64,000 nucleotides of DNA, taken from the sequence record HE978309; one strand, given 5' to 3'. The stretch's first letter is position 1, and each line of letters starts with the position of its first letter. The position numbers and the translations under genes were made by a program. The notes beneath the pieces are model-generated. The model saw only the letters and a list, made by a program, of their open reading frames with translations, did not search any database and was not told the DNA's origin. Of this stretch, positions 62,462-64,000 are shown piece by piece. This stretch comes from Enterobacteria phage GEC-3S.

Positions 62462-62788
62462 TTATTGTTCTACAGTATAACCGTTGTTTTCAAGCCATGC
62501 AATAACAATCTTCTCACCAATTTCATCGAGCATTTCATCAGCGCCATATTCTTTGATGAAAATCGATGGATCATTATTGCTTACTACGTGCTGGATCACA
62601 ACATGTTCAGGAATTGCGTCTAGCAGTTCGCTATGATCATACTCATTAACGATATCTTCAACACTAACATTATTAACCAAATCAACATCATCCATAGTCA
62701 CAGTAACGCGACCGGACGGACGCAATGAATATTGGCTACTTTCAACTTCAACATGTGCACTTTCGCAAGTAACTTTCATATCAACCAT
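62462..62788 (-). CDS. hypothetical acidic protein (108 aa)
   Basis: ORF track. Confidence 0.4.
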   Translation of the reverse strand: MVDMKVTCESAHVEVESSQYSLRPSGRVTVTMDDVDLVNNVSVEDIVNEYDHSELLDAIPEHVVIQHVVSNNDPSIFIKEYGADEMLDEIGEKIVIAWLENNGYTVEQ

Positions 62789-62802
62789 AATTAATTCCTC
62801 TG

Positions 62803-63804
62803 TTAGTAATGGCTAAAACCTTCGGTTACATCTTCAACCACATAGTAACGATGACAGCGCATTTTGGCATTCGCATAATCTTTCGGGATACTTACAACGT
62901 GACGCGGATCAACTTTGCATTTAATGATTCGGCCTCGCCCACCGCCATAGTGCGGAATATAGTGTTTCGCTGCAACATGGAGGCCATTAGAGCAAGTGCG
63001 ATCATCATCTGGGTCCACGTCTTTACGCTTCATTTTAACCGTGCGCCCTGGGCTATTATCAAACGTATGCGTAAAGAAATCTTTATAATCAACATCAACA
63101 CGTTTCCATGCATAGAAACAACCATCTTCCCCGATCTCAATGTCGTTGTGTTCTAAGAAGTCAAACAGACGATCTACGGCCTTACGGCTAGGGTTTTTCT
63201 TGCACTTCTCAAAGAAGTTCAGATAGTGCGTATATGGCTTATTCTCTTTAATAGACTCAACAACTCGACGAGTCAGATTATTATCAAGAACAATATTATG
63301 ATAATACACAATACCATTTTCGATACGGAAAGCGCCGTGATAATATACTTCAACCGCTTTCTTAATGTCAATCAGCGTAATTGCTTTAATAAAATCATTC
63401 TGCTTAACTGCTTCCAGTGCTTCATTAAAGTTGACATGTGATGGATCAGCAGTATAAACAATGTCACCACATGTAATAGTAATAAACTTAGTTGAGGCTA
63501 TGGCTACGATTTTTGAGGAAGTAGTCACGGGCTTTTTTGCGCGTTCACCGCCTTTTCCTTTACTGGTTTTACGGCGTGCTTTACGTTTTTCTAGTGCCTT
63601 GCGGCCTTCCGCTACTGCGTCTTTCTGGATCAGTAATACACGGGAGGCAGTACGACGAGATACCCCAAATGCTGCCGCAAGTGCTTCGCGGGTAGTAAAC
63701 TTACCTTCGCCCCACTGTTTAGCCAGTTTGATTTGTTTTTCAGAATCCAGGCATTGAACGTTACGGTCAGAGACGGTGATTTTTGCTTTAGTCATAGTAT
63801 TCAT
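62803..63804 (-). CDS. hypothetical protein with N-terminal helix-turn-helix-like segment (333 aa)
   Basis: ORF track; TTREALAAAFGVSRRTASRVL HTH-like; basic linker. Confidence 0.45.
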   Translation of the reverse strand: MNTMTKAKITVSDRNVQCLDSEKQIKLAKQWGEGKFTTREALAAAFGVSRRTASRVLLIQKDAVAEGRKALEKRKARRKTSKGKGGERAKKPVTTSSKIVAIASTKFITITCGDIVYTADPSHVNFNEALEAVKQNDFIKAITLIDIKKAVEVYYHGAFRIENGIVYYHNIVLDNNLTRRVVESIKENKPYTHYLNFFEKCKKNPSRKAVDRLFDFLEHNDIEIGEDGCFYAWKRVDVDYKDFFTHTFDNSPGRTVKMKRKDVDPDDDRTCSNGLHVAAKHYIPHYGGGRGRIIKCKVDPRHVVSIPKDYANAKMRCHRYYVVEDVTEGFSHY

Positions 63805-63857
63805 TCCTCTATTAGTTGGGCGACTATCGCCGCCCGATTCACATCATTATACCAGAA

Positions 63858-63989
63858 TTATTTTGCTTCGACAACCTTGCGGATTGTGCGGTCTGATACA
63901 TTATAGATTCGTGCCAGTTCGCCTTTAGTCAAGCCGCGAGCGTATTGTTTACGGATGGTTTCTTTCTGGATAGCGGTCAGTTTAGTCAT
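63858..63989 (-). CDS. small HTH protein (~43 aa), coordinates approximate
   Basis: MTKLTAIQKETIRKQYARGLTKGELARIYNVSDRTIRKVVEAK read from the reverse complement; lies at the window edge. Confidence 0.3.
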   Translation of the reverse strand: MTKLTAIQKETIRKQYARGLTKGELARIYNVSDRTIRKVVEAK

Positions 63990-64000
63990 AATATCACCTC

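Noticed and set aside
1-64000. tRNA, rRNA or other structured RNA genes
   Set aside because: No region free of coding potential is long enough or shows cloverleaf-like acceptor/anticodon stem pairing; intergenic hairpins are explained as terminators or promoter palindromes

Overview
This window looks like a contiguous segment of a T4-like (Tevenvirinae/Straboviridae) myovirus genome, running from hoc to topoisomerase gene 52. All gene calls rest on reading the six-frame translations against remembered T4 protein families, motifs and gene order; no database search was run. Recognisable core genes are hoc, uvsW, uvsY, baseplate genes 25/26/51/27/28/29/48/54, alt plus a short ADP-ribosyltransferase paralog, DNA ligase (30), gp31, dCMP deaminase, polynucleotide kinase, a spanin pair, RNA ligase 1, endonuclease II, nrdB/nrdA, td, frd, gp32, gp59, gp33, RNase H, long tail fibre genes 34-37 and holin t. 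Between alt and gene 30 (about 16.0-23.8 kb), and again at 31.5-32.4 kb and 55.3-60.2 kb, lie dense blocks of small minus-strand genes, most preceded by a repeated promoter cassette with a palindrome in the spacer. The most unusual content is (i) an early operon encoding a C5-cytosine-methyltransferase-like protein, a zinc-ribbon protein and a DUF262-like protein, (ii) a six-member paralogous family of small His-rich proteins, (iii) candidate anti-defence genes (DUF2829/Tad2-like, NADAR-like, CYTH-like), (iv) a thymidylate synthase with a roughly 120-aa internal insertion, and (v) a distal tail fibre protein with a C-terminal self-cleaving chaperone-like domain and no gp38 gene. No tRNA, rRNA, CRISPR array or integrase was seen. 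Coordinates I derived myself (adjusted starts, sub-60-aa ORFs, promoters, terminators) are approximate to about +/-2 nt.
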